IMG/VR virus record: IMGVR_UViG_3300038673_000995
Location: 1 to 40,346 of that record
DNA: 40,346 bases
Strand: one strand, 5' to 3'
Source: a virus
Taxonomy: Duplodnaviria; Caudoviricetes
Part shown: piece by piece, positions 26,466-36,330 of the stretch
Layout: the number at the start of each line of letters is the position of its first letter
How positions within the stretch are numbered: the stretch's first letter is position 1
The notes under the pieces: model-generated
Database searches by the model: none
What the model was told of the DNA's origin: nothing
Seen by the model: only the letters and a program-made list of their open reading frames with translations
Translations under genes and position numbers: made by a program

Positions 26466-28976
26466 ATGGATTTTCCCATAAACTTCCGTTTCGCTATCCA
26501 AGATAGCGTTTCTTCTGGTGCAGGCGGCATCGTATCCGCACTGGACAGTGTATCGAACGCTTTCACGGTGGCGGCGGGGGTTATGGTGCGGGACTTCGCA
26601 AACTCCGCAATGAACGCAACCATAGGGGTAGCGGGAGAATCCAGTAAGGCGTTTCAAGATTACGAGTTAACCTTAACTAAAATTGTTTCTGCGACTTCAG
26701 CGGTTGGTGATGAAGCGGTGCAGATGACGGCTGATTTAAAAGCCGCAGCGGAAGCCCAGACAAAACTCGGTTTCACAGGCGCAGAAGCAGCCGCGGGTTT
26801 AGAGGCGCTTGTTAAGGCAGGCATGACAGGCGCGGACGCTACTAAGGCGTTGACTTCTGCGCTCTCGCTAGCTCGGCTCGAAGGCATTGATACAGAGACG
26901 GCGGCGGGGTTGCTTGTACAGACCTTAACCATGTTCAACATGACGGCAGACAAATCCGCTGATGCGTTGAACTTGATTAGTAAAGCTGCTGACGCAGGCA
27001 TCGGGTCGGCTACGGATTATGCTTCTGGCTTAAGCAACTGTGGCGCCGCTGCTTCGAACATGGGTTTGTCGCTCTCAGAAACTTTGGGTTCATTGGTTAT
27101 TCTTGACAAAACCTTCGGGTCAGCCGTGGAGTCAGGCACCTACTTAAACGCCATGTTTAAGGATTTGGTGGCGAAAAGCGACGAGTTAGGCTTAACCCTC
27201 TACAACAGCGATGGCAGCATGAAGTCGCTGGATGAAATCGTGCAACAATTAAAGGAGCATATCGCTAGCTACGGTGATGACCAGCAATCAGTTAACGAGT
27301 ACCTATCAGTTTTTGATGTGCGTGCGCAGCGGGCGGTTTTGGGTTTAACTAACTATGATGGGAGTATTAATTCAGTCACTACCTCGATGGATGAGGCGCG
27401 GGATGTCCAAGACAAAGTTAACATGGTTATGGACACCTCAGCAGGTAAGATGGCTGAGTTAACCGCGGAACAGGAGAACGTGAATTACCAATTTGGTGAA
27501 ATGACCGCGGGCATCGAATTAGCCTATAAACAGTTTGCGCTTTCTCTTGGTCCTATCGGCGGGGTCGTGGATGCGCTTGGTCCTTCGATGTTGCAGGGGG
27601 CTATGACGGGGGGTATGATGATGGTGCCCCAACTTATCACGGGTATCGGCGGCATGGTCGTTTCGTATGGCTTAGCTGATACTGCCTCTATGTTGCTAGC
27701 TACGGGTACGGGTTTGTTAAGTGGGGCGTTGAACTTCTTAGCAGCCAACCCCATAATACTAATCGTGGCGGCTATAGTCGGCGTCATCACCGCCCTGTAT
27801 CTGGCATACGAAAATTGTGAGTGGTTCCGTGAAGGCGTCAACGCCGTAGCCAAAACACTAGGAGATTTCTTCAAACCCATTATCGAGGCAGTTGTAACTG
27901 CGTTAACTTGGCTCTGGGAAAACGTTTTCGTGCCTTTGGGACGTTTCTTAGCCGACTACTTTGTGAACACGGTGCTAAAGCCGTTGTCGCTTGCTTGGGA
28001 AGGCTTAAAAATTGTAGCACAGGCAGTTGAGAATGCGTTGCGGTGGCTCTGGGAGAACGTTTTGGTGCCGCTGGGCAACTTTATAGTTTCCTACTTTGTA
28101 CTCACCGTATTAACTCCGTTAAAAATTGCTTGGACTGCAATTCAAACGGTGGCTTCGGCGGTGGGCAGTGCGTTGAAGTGGGTCTGGGACAACGTACTCT
28201 CCCCCATAGCATCTTTCCTCAAAAACGTGTTGCTAGCCGCATGGGAAGCTTTAGCAAACGGAATTAAATGGCTCTACGATACCGTGATGAAACCCGTTTT
28301 TGATACGTTGATGACTGTTTATAATACGCTTCTAAAACCCATCGGTGACTTCTTGAGCGGGGTGGGGAACGCTTTAGGCGGGGCGGGTAAGGCTATTTCG
28401 GATTTCTTCACGGGCGGCTCCTCATCCAAATCAAATACTTCTACATCATCCTCTTCTTCGCCATCGACTTCTTCCGCTTCTAATTCTGCGAATAAGCAAG
28501 CAACCATTGATGCTGCACAGGCAAAAGTTGACGCGATTACACGTGAAATCTCAAGCATTGTGTCCCGTTTGGTCAGCAAAGAGATAACTAAAGATGAGTA
28601 CACCCGTCTCTATACTGCTGCGAGGGCGCAGTTGGATGCTGCGAAAGATGCTTTGGCAAATGCTAAGGCTATGCAGAGCGGCGGTTACATCAAAGCCAAC
28701 AATCCCACGTATGCTGTAATCGGTGAAGGCAGCTCGGATGAGGTGGTTTCTCCTGTGCCTGTCATGCGGCAGATTATACGTGAAGAAACTCGTGTTACTG
28801 AAGCGGCTGAGCCTACAGTGTTTGAGATTCGCCCTACCCTCAACTTCTACGGTAACATAAGTAGTGGGGTTTCGCTGGCAGAAATCCACGAAGTAGTGTC
28901 TAACAGCATTGGCGAAGAGGTCAGTAAGTTTGAGGCAGAGCGGAAACGCCGCCGATCAGTGAGAGGAGGCATATAG
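26466..28976 (+). CDS. Tape measure protein (TP901-like)
   Basis: Ala-rich core, AANPIILIVAAI hydrophobic segment, periodic W/F repeats, C-terminal GG...PT...IGE motif. Confidence 0.93.
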   Translation: MDFPINFRFAIQDSVSSGAGGIVSALDSVSNAFTVAAGVMVRDFANSAMNATIGVAGESSKAFQDYELTLTKIVSATSAVGDEAVQMTADLKAAAEAQTKLGFTGAEAAAGLEALVKAGMTGADATKALTSALSLARLEGIDTETAAGLLVQTLTMFNMTADKSADALNLISKAADAGIGSATDYASGLSNCGAAASNMGLSLSETLGSLVILDKTFGSAVESGTYLNAMFKDLVAKSDELGLTLYNSDGSMKSLDEIVQQLKEHIASYGDDQQSVNEYLSVFDVRAQRAVLGLTNYDGSINSVTTSMDEARDVQDKVNMVMDTSAGKMAELTAEQENVNYQFGEMTAGIELAYKQFALSLGPIGGVVDALGPSMLQGAMTGGMMMVPQLITGIGGMVVSYGLADTASMLLATGTGLLSGALNFLAANPIILIVAAIVGVITALYLAYENCEWFREGVNAVAKTLGDFFKPIIEAVVTALTWLWENVFVPLGRFLADYFVNTVLKPLSLAWEGLKIVAQAVENALRWLWENVLVPLGNFIVSYFVLTVLTPLKIAWTAIQTVASAVGSALKWVWDNVLSPIASFLKNVLLAAWEALANGIKWLYDTVMKPVFDTLMTVYNTLLKPIGDFLSGVGNALGGAGKAISDFFTGGSSSKSNTSTSSSSSPSTSSASNSANKQATIDAAQAKVDAITREISSIVSRLVSKEITKDEYTRLYTAARAQLDAAKDALANAKAMQSGGYIKANNPTYAVIGEGSSDEVVSPVPVMRQIIREETRVTEAAEPTVFEIRPTLNFYGNISSGVSLAEIHEVVSNSIGEEVSKFEAERKRRRSVRGGI

Positions 28977-28977
28977 T

Positions 28978-29358
28978 TTGACTGGAACATGGCTTATTGG
29001 AACTGTGACTTTACCGTATTCTCCGACAAAAATTTCTCATCCTATGCCTGCGCTCTATGATTCTATTCGGAATGATGGGGCGCAAAGTGACGTGTTAATG
29101 GATGGGTTAGACGTGGAAACGTTGACTATGACGGTGCCCTTAGCTCAAAAAGGCAGTACGCTGGATCAGGTGGATCAAGCCTACATTGTGCCTTTGAAAG
29201 CCATGTTAGGCGGCACCATTACGGTTTCCACGCCTCTAACTAGCATCAACGGCACGTGGGGTTTTGCTGATTTAACCCCTGACTACGACAGCGAATTAGG
29301 CGCCCAATTCTCCTGCAGCCTAAAATTCATCCGTGGTGCAGCAACCGAGGAGCTCTAA
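28978..29358 (+). CDS. Putative distal tail protein
   Basis: 126 aa directly after TMP. Confidence 0.55.
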   Translation: MTGTWLIGTVTLPYSPTKISHPMPALYDSIRNDGAQSDVLMDGLDVETLTMTVPLAQKGSTLDQVDQAYIVPLKAMLGGTITVSTPLTSINGTWGFADLTPDYDSELGAQFSCSLKFIRGAATEEL

Positions 29359-29359
29359 C

Positions 29360-31960
29360 ATGACAGGCTACAGTGTAGAATACTTAGATGGTGACTGGAC
29401 TGCGTTGAAAGCAGAATTCCAGAACACAGATGAAACCCTAAATGGTTACGAAGAGGCTACTTTTAAAATCGCCAACACTGCGGCGAACCGGGCTCTTGTA
29501 GCCTCAAACCTTGACGCTCAAATAAAATTCGATGGCACAGTGATTTTCAGCGGGGAACTCAGTGCTTTAGAGTATGAGAACCGCAAAATCCTATGCATCG
29601 TCTACAACAAAGTTTACGAGGCTATGAAGCGCAAAACAGTCACGGGTACCTATGAGGATACGGCGGCAGACACCGTTTTAGCAGCTATCTGCACAGCGGC
29701 AGGCGTTACCGATGGTGATTGTCCGTCGACGCATGTGAGTGTACGGTTTGAACGCTGCGACTGTTACTCTGCGGCCACGTGGCTAGCGAAGGCGGTTACT
29801 AAGGACTTCTACTCTTCCAGCGGTACTACTTTTAACATTGGAGACCGTGGCAGCGCCAAATCACTGGATAACGCTAAGATTAGTGTTTCTAACCGTGGCC
29901 TAGACAGGTCTAAGAAGCGGGATAAGATTTACATTCGCGGCTGCGACGAGAACGGCGTGCGCGTCTACGGGGAAGCTGGCGCAGGCGCAAACGTAGCGGT
30001 TTTCAACGATAAGAAAGCCTCTGATGAAGCCACACTCGACGCTTTGGCGGCTACCAAGCTAGCGGAACTCAACACTGACGACAGCGGAATCACCATATCG
30101 GCAAAGATTACTCTAGCCGCTGAACTCTACCCAGGCGACACCCTCACGATTACTAAGCCCCGTCTCAACTTGGATGGCAGTTATCGCATTAAGCGCATTG
30201 TGAAGTCGCGGATTTCTGCGCAGATTGACCTCAACACTTCTAAGAAGTTGCTTGAGGAACTCATTGATTCTATGCAGATGGAGAATGAGGAACTCGGCAT
30301 TTACCCGTTGATTAATGAGCAGTTGGATAATCCTGTGGGGGCGCCTGCTGCAATAACGGATTTAGCGGCGACTGCGGAAATCAGCGGTGTAAGGCTAACT
30401 TGGACAAGCAACACAGAAAACGATTTGGCAGGCTACATCATCTACCGCAACACTTCTCTGCATCCCACCACCGAGTACATGCGGGTTAACAGCAACCAAG
30501 TGCTTGACAAAAACATCACTTACGGCGTCACCTACTATTACCGTGTGAAACCGTTTGACCGCGCTGGCAACGTCGGTAGCTACAGCAACGAGGTTTCGGT
30601 GGCGCCTAAAAAGGTGGAGTCAGCAGACATCACCGACGCCTCCGTGGTTGCGGCTGCGTTAGCTAAAGGTGTGCAGCCCTACAATAGCGATGTATTGTTT
30701 TCGCCTTATACGGGTGCTGAAACGAGTCGGGTGAGTTGGGCTGCTGGGACCGTGAACTTTGCAGACGGAACCACACAAGCCATAAACGCGGGGTCAAGCG
30801 GCACCTTAACCGCAGGCGTCATCTACTACGTGTACTTCACTGTGGGCTCCGCAACGATGTCGGTAACGTCTACCTACGCGGATGCAGTGGGCAACACCAA
30901 AGGCATCTTAGCCATGATAGGGCGCAGTGCAACCACGCAGCCAGTGCTTATTTTGCCGTTCATGGCGAAAGGAATCAACATAAACGCGGATGCTATTGTG
31001 GCGAACGTTGCTGTTCTTAACAAGATTTGGGCTGACGTAGTCACAGGAAAAACGTTGCAAACCGCCGCTTCAGGCGCAAGGGCTGTTATGAGTAGTTCAG
31101 GCTTACAAATTTTTGGGCAAATCCTGAATTTCTACGATGCGTCAAGCAACCAAGTTGGCGGTATAGCAGCCACGGATTCAACAACTCTTACGATTGGAGC
31201 TAACGCCAGTGGAGCCAGCTTAAAACTTGGAGCAGACGTGGCGGTGGAGATTCTCTCTAACCTTATCTGCGATGCTCTGCTCACGGTGGGGTCACGTCCC
31301 GCCAGTAACACGGAATCTTTTAGCTGCTCAGGTGCTGGCGCAGGCTACAATTTTGACGACCGAGCAGGGTACGCCTCAAAAGGACGCTGGGTGTGGTACG
31401 CTACTGCTGGTGCCGCTTATCTTTATAGTAGCCAAATAGCTGACAATGCCATAGCTATAGATGCCTCTGGCCATGCGACTTTTACACATCGTTTAACTTC
31501 ATTGGACGCATTAAGCGGTGCCTCTTTAAAGATAGGGGCTACTGAGATCGTTAGCTCCAGCAGAGCATTAGCAAACATAACTACCGCGACATTCACAGCT
31601 ACGCAAGACCAAATCAAAATGCCTAGCAGTATCACTTGGGCGGCTAAGCACTCTGAAACTAAAGCCTTCGGAATCTGGAATGGAAGCAGTTGGCTAGCTT
31701 ATTTCGGTGAAGATGGGAACCTGTGGATTTCTGGGAAACTCACCCAAGCAGGGTGTTTACCCAATGACCTCCCGCTTTCTGAAGTGTGGAAGTACCTCAA
31801 AAGCGTCCAAGGCAAGCACACCAACAGAGAAACCCAAACCGAAGTCGACGCAGTCCAGCGGGTACAGTTCGACCAAGAGAAACGGCTTACGCAGTTGGAG
31901 ACGCTTGTTGCTGAACAGGCGAAAATAATCGCTGAGTTGAAAGCTGTTTCTGCCTCATAA
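29360..31960 (+). CDS. Baseplate hub/central tail fibre with FN3 domain and C-terminal coiled coil
   Basis: Hub-like N-terminus (YPGDTLTI); FN3 LTW...GYIIYR...YYYRVKPFDRAGN; beta-rich C-terminal half. Confidence 0.8.
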   Translation: MTGYSVEYLDGDWTALKAEFQNTDETLNGYEEATFKIANTAANRALVASNLDAQIKFDGTVIFSGELSALEYENRKILCIVYNKVYEAMKRKTVTGTYEDTAADTVLAAICTAAGVTDGDCPSTHVSVRFERCDCYSAATWLAKAVTKDFYSSSGTTFNIGDRGSAKSLDNAKISVSNRGLDRSKKRDKIYIRGCDENGVRVYGEAGAGANVAVFNDKKASDEATLDALAATKLAELNTDDSGITISAKITLAAELYPGDTLTITKPRLNLDGSYRIKRIVKSRISAQIDLNTSKKLLEELIDSMQMENEELGIYPLINEQLDNPVGAPAAITDLAATAEISGVRLTWTSNTENDLAGYIIYRNTSLHPTTEYMRVNSNQVLDKNITYGVTYYYRVKPFDRAGNVGSYSNEVSVAPKKVESADITDASVVAAALAKGVQPYNSDVLFSPYTGAETSRVSWAAGTVNFADGTTQAINAGSSGTLTAGVIYYVYFTVGSATMSVTSTYADAVGNTKGILAMIGRSATTQPVLILPFMAKGININADAIVANVAVLNKIWADVVTGKTLQTAASGARAVMSSSGLQIFGQILNFYDASSNQVGGIAATDSTTLTIGANASGASLKLGADVAVEILSNLICDALLTVGSRPASNTESFSCSGAGAGYNFDDRAGYASKGRWVWYATAGAAYLYSSQIADNAIAIDASGHATFTHRLTSLDALSGASLKIGATEIVSSSRALANITTATFTATQDQIKMPSSITWAAKHSETKAFGIWNGSSWLAYFGEDGNLWISGKLTQAGCLPNDLPLSEVWKYLKSVQGKHTNRETQTEVDAVQRVQFDQEKRLTQLETLVAEQAKIIAELKAVSAS

Positions 31961-31997
31961 TTTCTTGTTAACCCCCATGTTTGGAGGTGAATTTCTT

Positions 31998-32213
31998 ATG
32001 GAAGAACAAATCATAACCATAGCAGTAGCCATTATCGGCTTAATAGGCACGGTGTTAGGCGCTAAATACGGCAAACAATACGCAGAAGTCAAATCAAAAG
32101 CCTCCAAAATCGCGGATTTATTCAACACTGTTGTTGCAGCTGCCGAAGACGATAAAGTTACTGAAGACGAGTTTGCAGCAATAGTTGAGAAAGCTAAGGC
32201 GGCTGTGACTTAA
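31998..32213 (+). CDS. Small membrane protein, holin-like
   Basis: N-terminal TM helix; GGAGGTGA SD; last gene of late operon. Confidence 0.6.
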   Translation: MEEQIITIAVAIIGLIGTVLGAKYGKQYAEVKSKASKIADLFNTVVAAAEDDKVTEDEFAAIVEKAKAAVT

Positions 32214-32220
32214 CTCAACA

Positions 32221-32249
32221 TTTTCCTTTTTTTTCAGATTTAATTTTTT
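32221..32249 (+). terminator. U-tract terminator ending the late operon
   Basis: TTTTCCTTTTTTTT and a second T6 run after final + strand gene, at the convergence point. Confidence 0.6.
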
Positions 32250-32377
32250 GGGGGTGAAAGTTTTATTGTTGCCTCGGACTCCACCATGGTTTATTAAAAT
32301 CTTAATCGCGTTGTCGTTGCCGCTTACGGTTTTGCCTGTGCTCTTGTTTTTGTCAGTTAATTAGCGATTAGCGGAAG

Positions 32378-32803
32378 CTAAGGGTTAAATGACACCTTAG
32401 CTGATACGTCAATTTCACCTGCAGAATCCGAAGTTTGCACCCAAACAAACGTGTATGTTCCCGCTTCAACTATGGCTGAATCAGAAACAGAATTGCCGCC
32501 CTCTAACCCTGATTTGTAGGTTAACTCATAGAGTTTGCTGCTTCCCTCTTGTACCCATGTGTCAGCGTTGCAGTTCATGACATACCAAAGTAGGTTACCG
32601 TTGCTGCTTTCAAGGTCTATTTGGAGTGTGCCTTCGCTGGGTAACGTGATTTCTTCATAGTAGTATTTGTTTGGTTCCGCTGGGAAAGTATAGTTGAATA
32701 GTGTGTTTGTTTTTGGTGCCATGAATGCACCAATACCGATAAGAACGATAAAAACGGCAATTATGCCTAGAATTATTTTGATTTTGTTTTGCAATTTATA
32801 CAC
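32378..32803 (-). CDS. Membrane-anchored beta-sandwich protein
   Basis: N-terminal TM helix; EAGTYTFVW jelly-roll-like C-terminus. Confidence 0.65.
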   Translation of the reverse strand: MYKLQNKIKIILGIIAVFIVLIGIGAFMAPKTNTLFNYTFPAEPNKYYYEEITLPSEGTLQIDLESSNGNLLWYVMNCNADTWVQEGSSKLYELTYKSGLEGGNSVSDSAIVEAGTYTFVWVQTSDSAGEIDVSAKVSFNP

Positions 32804-32852
32804 CCAAAGGAAATATTGAGTGATTTACAGTTAAGTTTTGTGGCTTTGCTCT

Positions 32853-33788
32853 TTATGGCGCAAATTTGATTCCAGTAAAACCCGAAGCCGCAACAGAAGC
32901 AAAACTAACTTGATTATACTCTATGTTAAAACTTAGATTATCCACGTGTTCTCGGCTGCTGCATTCTTTTATCTCCAAGAGTTCAAGCGTTTGGGGTGTC
33001 TGCCACGTCCCGTTTACATGGGTTTTCACGGTTAGGCTGCCTGTGATGTCTGGGGCGGCTGTAGCGCCGTATTGCCCTGCGAATATCAGTTGGTTATTTG
33101 TTGTTGTGGTTGAGAATTGATAGTTTTCTGGAAGCGCCCCTGTTGCGGTTTCTTTGTATTCTTCGATTAAGGTGCCGTTGACTTTTAGTTGGTGGCAGAG
33201 GTAGTTTTCTGAGTTGAGGTAGGTGTTGATTTCTAAGGTTGTGGGGGCGGTTATGGCGGTTAGGTTGTGGGTGTTGTAGAAGTCTGTCTGTTCAATTGCT
33301 CCGTTTGCTATTTTGTAGTTTTCGATTACCATGTTGATTTTTGCCCCGTTTGGGCTGTGTTCGAAGTAGATTACGTTTTGGGTCCAGTATCGGGTTTCGC
33401 TTTCGGGGTTGGTTAAGAAATTGTTTTGTTGGATTGTGAAGGATTGTGGTACAGTGTTGTTCCATTGGTCTAAAATTACGGGGAGACTTGAGAGGTTCAT
33501 TGCGGTGATGTCTACCGTGCATGATACGCCTGTGTAGCCGTTGTTTTTTATGCCGACTTGCTGGGGGGTGGGGGTAGGGGTCGGCTTGGCTGTTGGAGTT
33601 GGTGTTATAGTTGGGGGTTTGGTTGGTTGTGCTGTTGGGTTGGGGGTTGCTGTCGGCTGCTGGGTCGGGGTGGGTGTTGGTGTGGTTGGGGGTGTGGCTT
33701 TGGTTTCTTCGCTAAGTATGTAGGCGCTTGCGCCCAGAATTGACGCTGCTAGAACGATTGTGATTAGGCTGAGGACTTTTCTGTTCAT
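32853..33788 (-). CDS. Membrane-anchored protein with Pro/Thr linker and thermopsin (peptidase A5)-like domain
   Basis: TM helix, PT repeats, FTIQQN...YWTQNVIYF; ATGA overlap with upstream gene. Confidence 0.6.
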   Translation of the reverse strand: MNRKVLSLITIVLAASILGASAYILSEETKATPPTTPTPTPTQQPTATPNPTAQPTKPPTITPTPTAKPTPTPTPQQVGIKNNGYTGVSCTVDITAMNLSSLPVILDQWNNTVPQSFTIQQNNFLTNPESETRYWTQNVIYFEHSPNGAKINMVIENYKIANGAIEQTDFYNTHNLTAITAPTTLEINTYLNSENYLCHQLKVNGTLIEEYKETATGALPENYQFSTTTTNNQLIFAGQYGATAAPDITGSLTVKTHVNGTWQTPQTLELLEIKECSSREHVDNLSFNIEYNQVSFASVAASGFTGIKFAP

Positions 33789-34150
33789 AGCTCCGCACTC
33801 CCAAACCACTTTTTGAGGTTAAAAGCATCATGCTCTTGGATGTTGTGCTTTATGCTGAGGTAGGCGTCAATGTAGCATTTCGCGATTGCCCTGTCAAAGT
33901 CATCATTATGTGTGGCAAGGTATTTTCTCCATTCTTCTATCAAGTTATCCAAGTGGGCTGTGACTGCTTGGTTTATGTCTGCTTTGGCTATATCTAACGA
34001 CTGTTTAATTTTGCCTATCCACTCTTCTTGTCCAAATGTGGGTAAATTTGCTGAGTCAACAAGTATGCCACATTTAGGACAAACTGAACGGTGCAACGCT
34101 GGAAAATTATCGAGTTTTTTGTAGAGTTGTCCTTGTTGCCCCTCAGTCAA
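33785..34150 (-). CDS. Hypothetical protein (CxxC; AKxD...KWFG module)
   Basis: Coupled overlaps at both ends. Confidence 0.65.
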   Translation of the reverse strand: MTEGQQGQLYKKLDNFPALHRSVCPKCGILVDSANLPTFGQEEWIGKIKQSLDIAKADINQAVTAHLDNLIEEWRKYLATHNDDFDRAIAKCYIDAYLSIKHNIQEHDAFNLKKWFGSAEL

Positions 34151-35214
34151 TCGGGTTCACCTAACCATTTGAAATACCAAACCTGAATATTAGCTAACAG
34201 GTCTTTTGCGGTTTGGAAGTATTCGGGTCCTGCATCGTCGGGGAATATGACTCTGGGAAAATCGTTTTTGGCTTTGGTTATGTGGGGTTCGCATCCGCTG
34301 TCTCGGCAGAGTTTATAAAGTAAGCCTTCTGTTTTTTGTGTGGTTTGGTCTAGGGGTGTTGTGTCAACTTCTTCGGTGTCTGCTTGTGCTCCGAAACCGT
34401 GTTCTTCTCGGGTGAAGCTGCTGTGGGCTTCGGGCTGGTCTTCTGGCTGCGGGGCTGGCGTTTTGATTGTTGCGGGTATGTCGACTGTTTGGGGTGGTTC
34501 AGCGTCTACTTGGACTTTTTCTTGGAAACGTATTTCTGTGCGGGGCGGGGCTTCGGAGTGCTTATCGGAAATCTTAGCAGTGTGGTGAACTGTGTCATCA
34601 AACTGAGATTCACTTTGTTCAACCTTAGATTCAGTTTTTCGCGCCTCCACCTTGACGGGATTCTTAAGTCCAGCCGGCTTATACCGATAAATCGTGCGCG
34701 GACTAATACCGGTCTGCTTAGCGATCTCTTCCACACTCACCCCCGCCTTAAGCAAAAACGTAATACGCTCACTCAGCTCCTGCGAAGTGACCCGTCGACG
34801 GTTGAAGTTTACGGCTAGCCGCGCCAACTCCAATTTGACAGGCGTATCAATCCAGGGTAGGGTTTCTTCGCGCCAGTTTTGGTTTTCGCCTTTGCGGTGG
34901 AAGCCGTCTATGATATTGCCATCTTTGTCTTTGAGGACTGCGCAGAGTTCGCCTAGGCCCTGTTTGGATTCTGCTAAGCTGTATTCTACGATTAGTTCTT
35001 CTTGTTGTGTAGCTTGAGGCTTCACTGTTCGGTGGGTTGGTGGGGGTGTGAGGGTTTTGACTCCGCTGTGGATGATTGTCGGCGGCTGCTGGGGTTGTGT
35101 GGCTTTGTCGCGGTGGAACTTGTATATGTGGGGTCCTAACTCGTAGGTTTCAGAATCGAAGCTGGCGTCGCAGTAGGGGCAGGGGTATTTTTTCTTGACG
35201 GTTTGCGCTTCCAT
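34147..35214 (-). CDS. Zinc finger + ParB/Srx-like + HTH protein
   Basis: CPYC...H..H; VLKDKDGNIIDGFHR; SVEEIAKQTGISPRTIYRY. Confidence 0.75.
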   Translation of the reverse strand: MEAQTVKKKYPCPYCDASFDSETYELGPHIYKFHRDKATQPQQPPTIIHSGVKTLTPPPTHRTVKPQATQQEELIVEYSLAESKQGLGELCAVLKDKDGNIIDGFHRKGENQNWREETLPWIDTPVKLELARLAVNFNRRRVTSQELSERITFLLKAGVSVEEIAKQTGISPRTIYRYKPAGLKNPVKVEARKTESKVEQSESQFDDTVHHTAKISDKHSEAPPRTEIRFQEKVQVDAEPPQTVDIPATIKTPAPQPEDQPEAHSSFTREEHGFGAQADTEEVDTTPLDQTTQKTEGLLYKLCRDSGCEPHITKAKNDFPRVIFPDDAGPEYFQTAKDLLANIQVWYFKWLGEPD

Positions 35215-35216
35215 GG

Positions 35217-35651
35217 TTAATCCTCACAAAATCTGTCTCTATGTTCATGTTTGAAAATCTCTGAACAATTCTCTAGAAACAGCCGTTTAGTGTTTATCTT
35301 GACAAGAATCGTAGTTTGATTATCGCCTGGCAATTCTTCGAGGAAATATGCCGCAATTTGGTCTTCCACGTATAGAAGCATCTTTTGAACTTCTACTGTG
35401 GCTGGGTCAGGGAGGTGTTTGAGGGTTTTTCGCAAGAGCAATAATTTACTGATGGGGGTAATGGGAAGCTTTCTTTTTATTAGTGTTCTCGCTTCAAGCC
35501 ATGACATCTTCCTGTTTATCATTTGTAGCTCTACGGCTAAAGAATCTATTTTTTCACAGTAGACTTTTGAAGCTAAAAACTGATGTTTCATGCTTTTCAC
35601 CGTTCCCCTATAAATTCGTAAATCATCATTTCTTCCCCGCAAATAGGACAT
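35217..35651 (-). CDS. Hypothetical protein
   Basis: 144-aa ORF in minus-strand operon; start uncertain. Confidence 0.5.
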   Translation of the reverse strand: MSYLRGRNDDLRIYRGTVKSMKHQFLASKVYCEKIDSLAVELQMINRKMSWLEARTLIKRKLPITPISKLLLLRKTLKHLPDPATVEVQKMLLYVEDQIAAYFLEELPGDNQTTILVKINTKRLFLENCSEIFKHEHRDRFCED

Positions 35652-35851
35652 TTCTCAGTTTTGCCTGTGCATCTGAACTGGAGGGATTTAACGGTTTTAC
35701 TCATCAGGGAGGTATCGTTTTTGTCTGTCATTGTGTTTGGTATTGCTTGAGGTAGAGCGATGATTGCTTCCCATTTTGTTACTTCCACTATATGGGAAAG
35801 TGTGCCGTATTTGCAGATTGCTTTTCCTTTGTTGTAATCCATGTTTTTCAC
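35597..35851 (-). CDS. Hypothetical protein with CPIC motif
   Basis: GTGA overlap with upstream AbrB-like gene. Confidence 0.55.
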   Translation of the reverse strand: MKNMDYNKGKAICKYGTLSHIVEVTKWEAIIALPQAIPNTMTDKNDTSLMSKTVKSLQFRCTGKTEKCPICGEEMMIYEFIGER

Positions 35852-36009
35852 CGTTCCTTTTTCTTTTGTAACACTACATGGCTGTTGTCAGCCCACATTT
35901 CAACCATGTCGCCTTTTTCGAGTTCTAAGTGTTCGGCGAGTTCTTTGGGGATTGTGACTTTGAGGCTTTTTCCGACTAAGACGACGCTGATTTTGAATTT
36001 TACTGGCAT
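35848..36009 (-). CDS. AbrB/MazE/SpoVT-family regulator (53 aa, not in ORF track)
   Basis: Manual translation MPVKFKISVVLVGKSLKVTIPKELAEHLELEKGDMVEMWADNSHVVLQKKKER. Confidence 0.85.
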   Translation of the reverse strand: MPVKFKISVVLVGKSLKVTIPKELAEHLELEKGDMVEMWADNSHVVLQKKKER

Positions 36010-36030
36010 TTTTTCCAAGCCTTTCACCTT

Positions 36031-36102
36031 TAGGAATATCTTAGGAATACTTAAATATAAGCATATCCTTTTAATACTATCGGGAATATCTCAAAGATAT
36101 AA
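36031..36102. promoter_or_regulatory. Divergent promoter region with three GGAATA(T/C) direct repeats
   Basis: TAGGAATATC 36031, TAGGAATACT 36042, CGGGAATATC 36081 around AT-rich TATA-like boxes. Confidence 0.65.
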
Positions 36103-36117
36103 TTGAGGATTGAAAAG

Positions 36118-36330
36118 ATGATGGTAACTCAAGAAACAACCAAACCCCAACTCGCCGATGTCCAAGCCTTAACAGTTTGTAAGCATTCCTGCAACCCTAA
36201 AGGCGTCTGCACCTACCTAAAATGCCCCTTACTCGTCACCGCTAAGCAGTACGGCTTGCACTGTGAAGGCTGCCAGTATCACACTTTGACAGTGGCGGAA
36301 GTGCTGCAAAACAAGGAGGTTGAGCAGTGA
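36118..36330 (+). CDS. Small Cys-rich protein
   Basis: Six Cys in about 70 aa; first gene of rightward operon. Confidence 0.6.
   Translation: MMVTQETTKPQLADVQALTVCKHSCNPKGVCTYLKCPLLVTAKQYGLHCEGCQYHTLTVAEVLQNKEVEQ

Larger units (their letters stand above)
1..32213 (+). mobile_element. Archaeal tailed virus/provirus (siphovirus-like), morphogenesis arm; the remainder of the window is the accessory/early arm of the same element
   Basis: Canonical order TerS-TerL-portal-MuF-protease-MCP-adaptor-tail tube-chaperone-TMP-baseplate; no sheath gene; archaeal-type signals. Confidence 0.93.

Noticed and set aside
28418-28492. Ser-rich tract in tape measure protein
   Set aside because: Likely an ordinary flexible linker
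29360-31960. Possible DGR target in tail fibre
   Set aside because: No reverse transcriptase or template/variable repeat pair seen in the window
33560-33700. GT-rich low-complexity tract and its + strand ORFs
   Set aside because: Explained by the Pro/Thr linker on the minus strand
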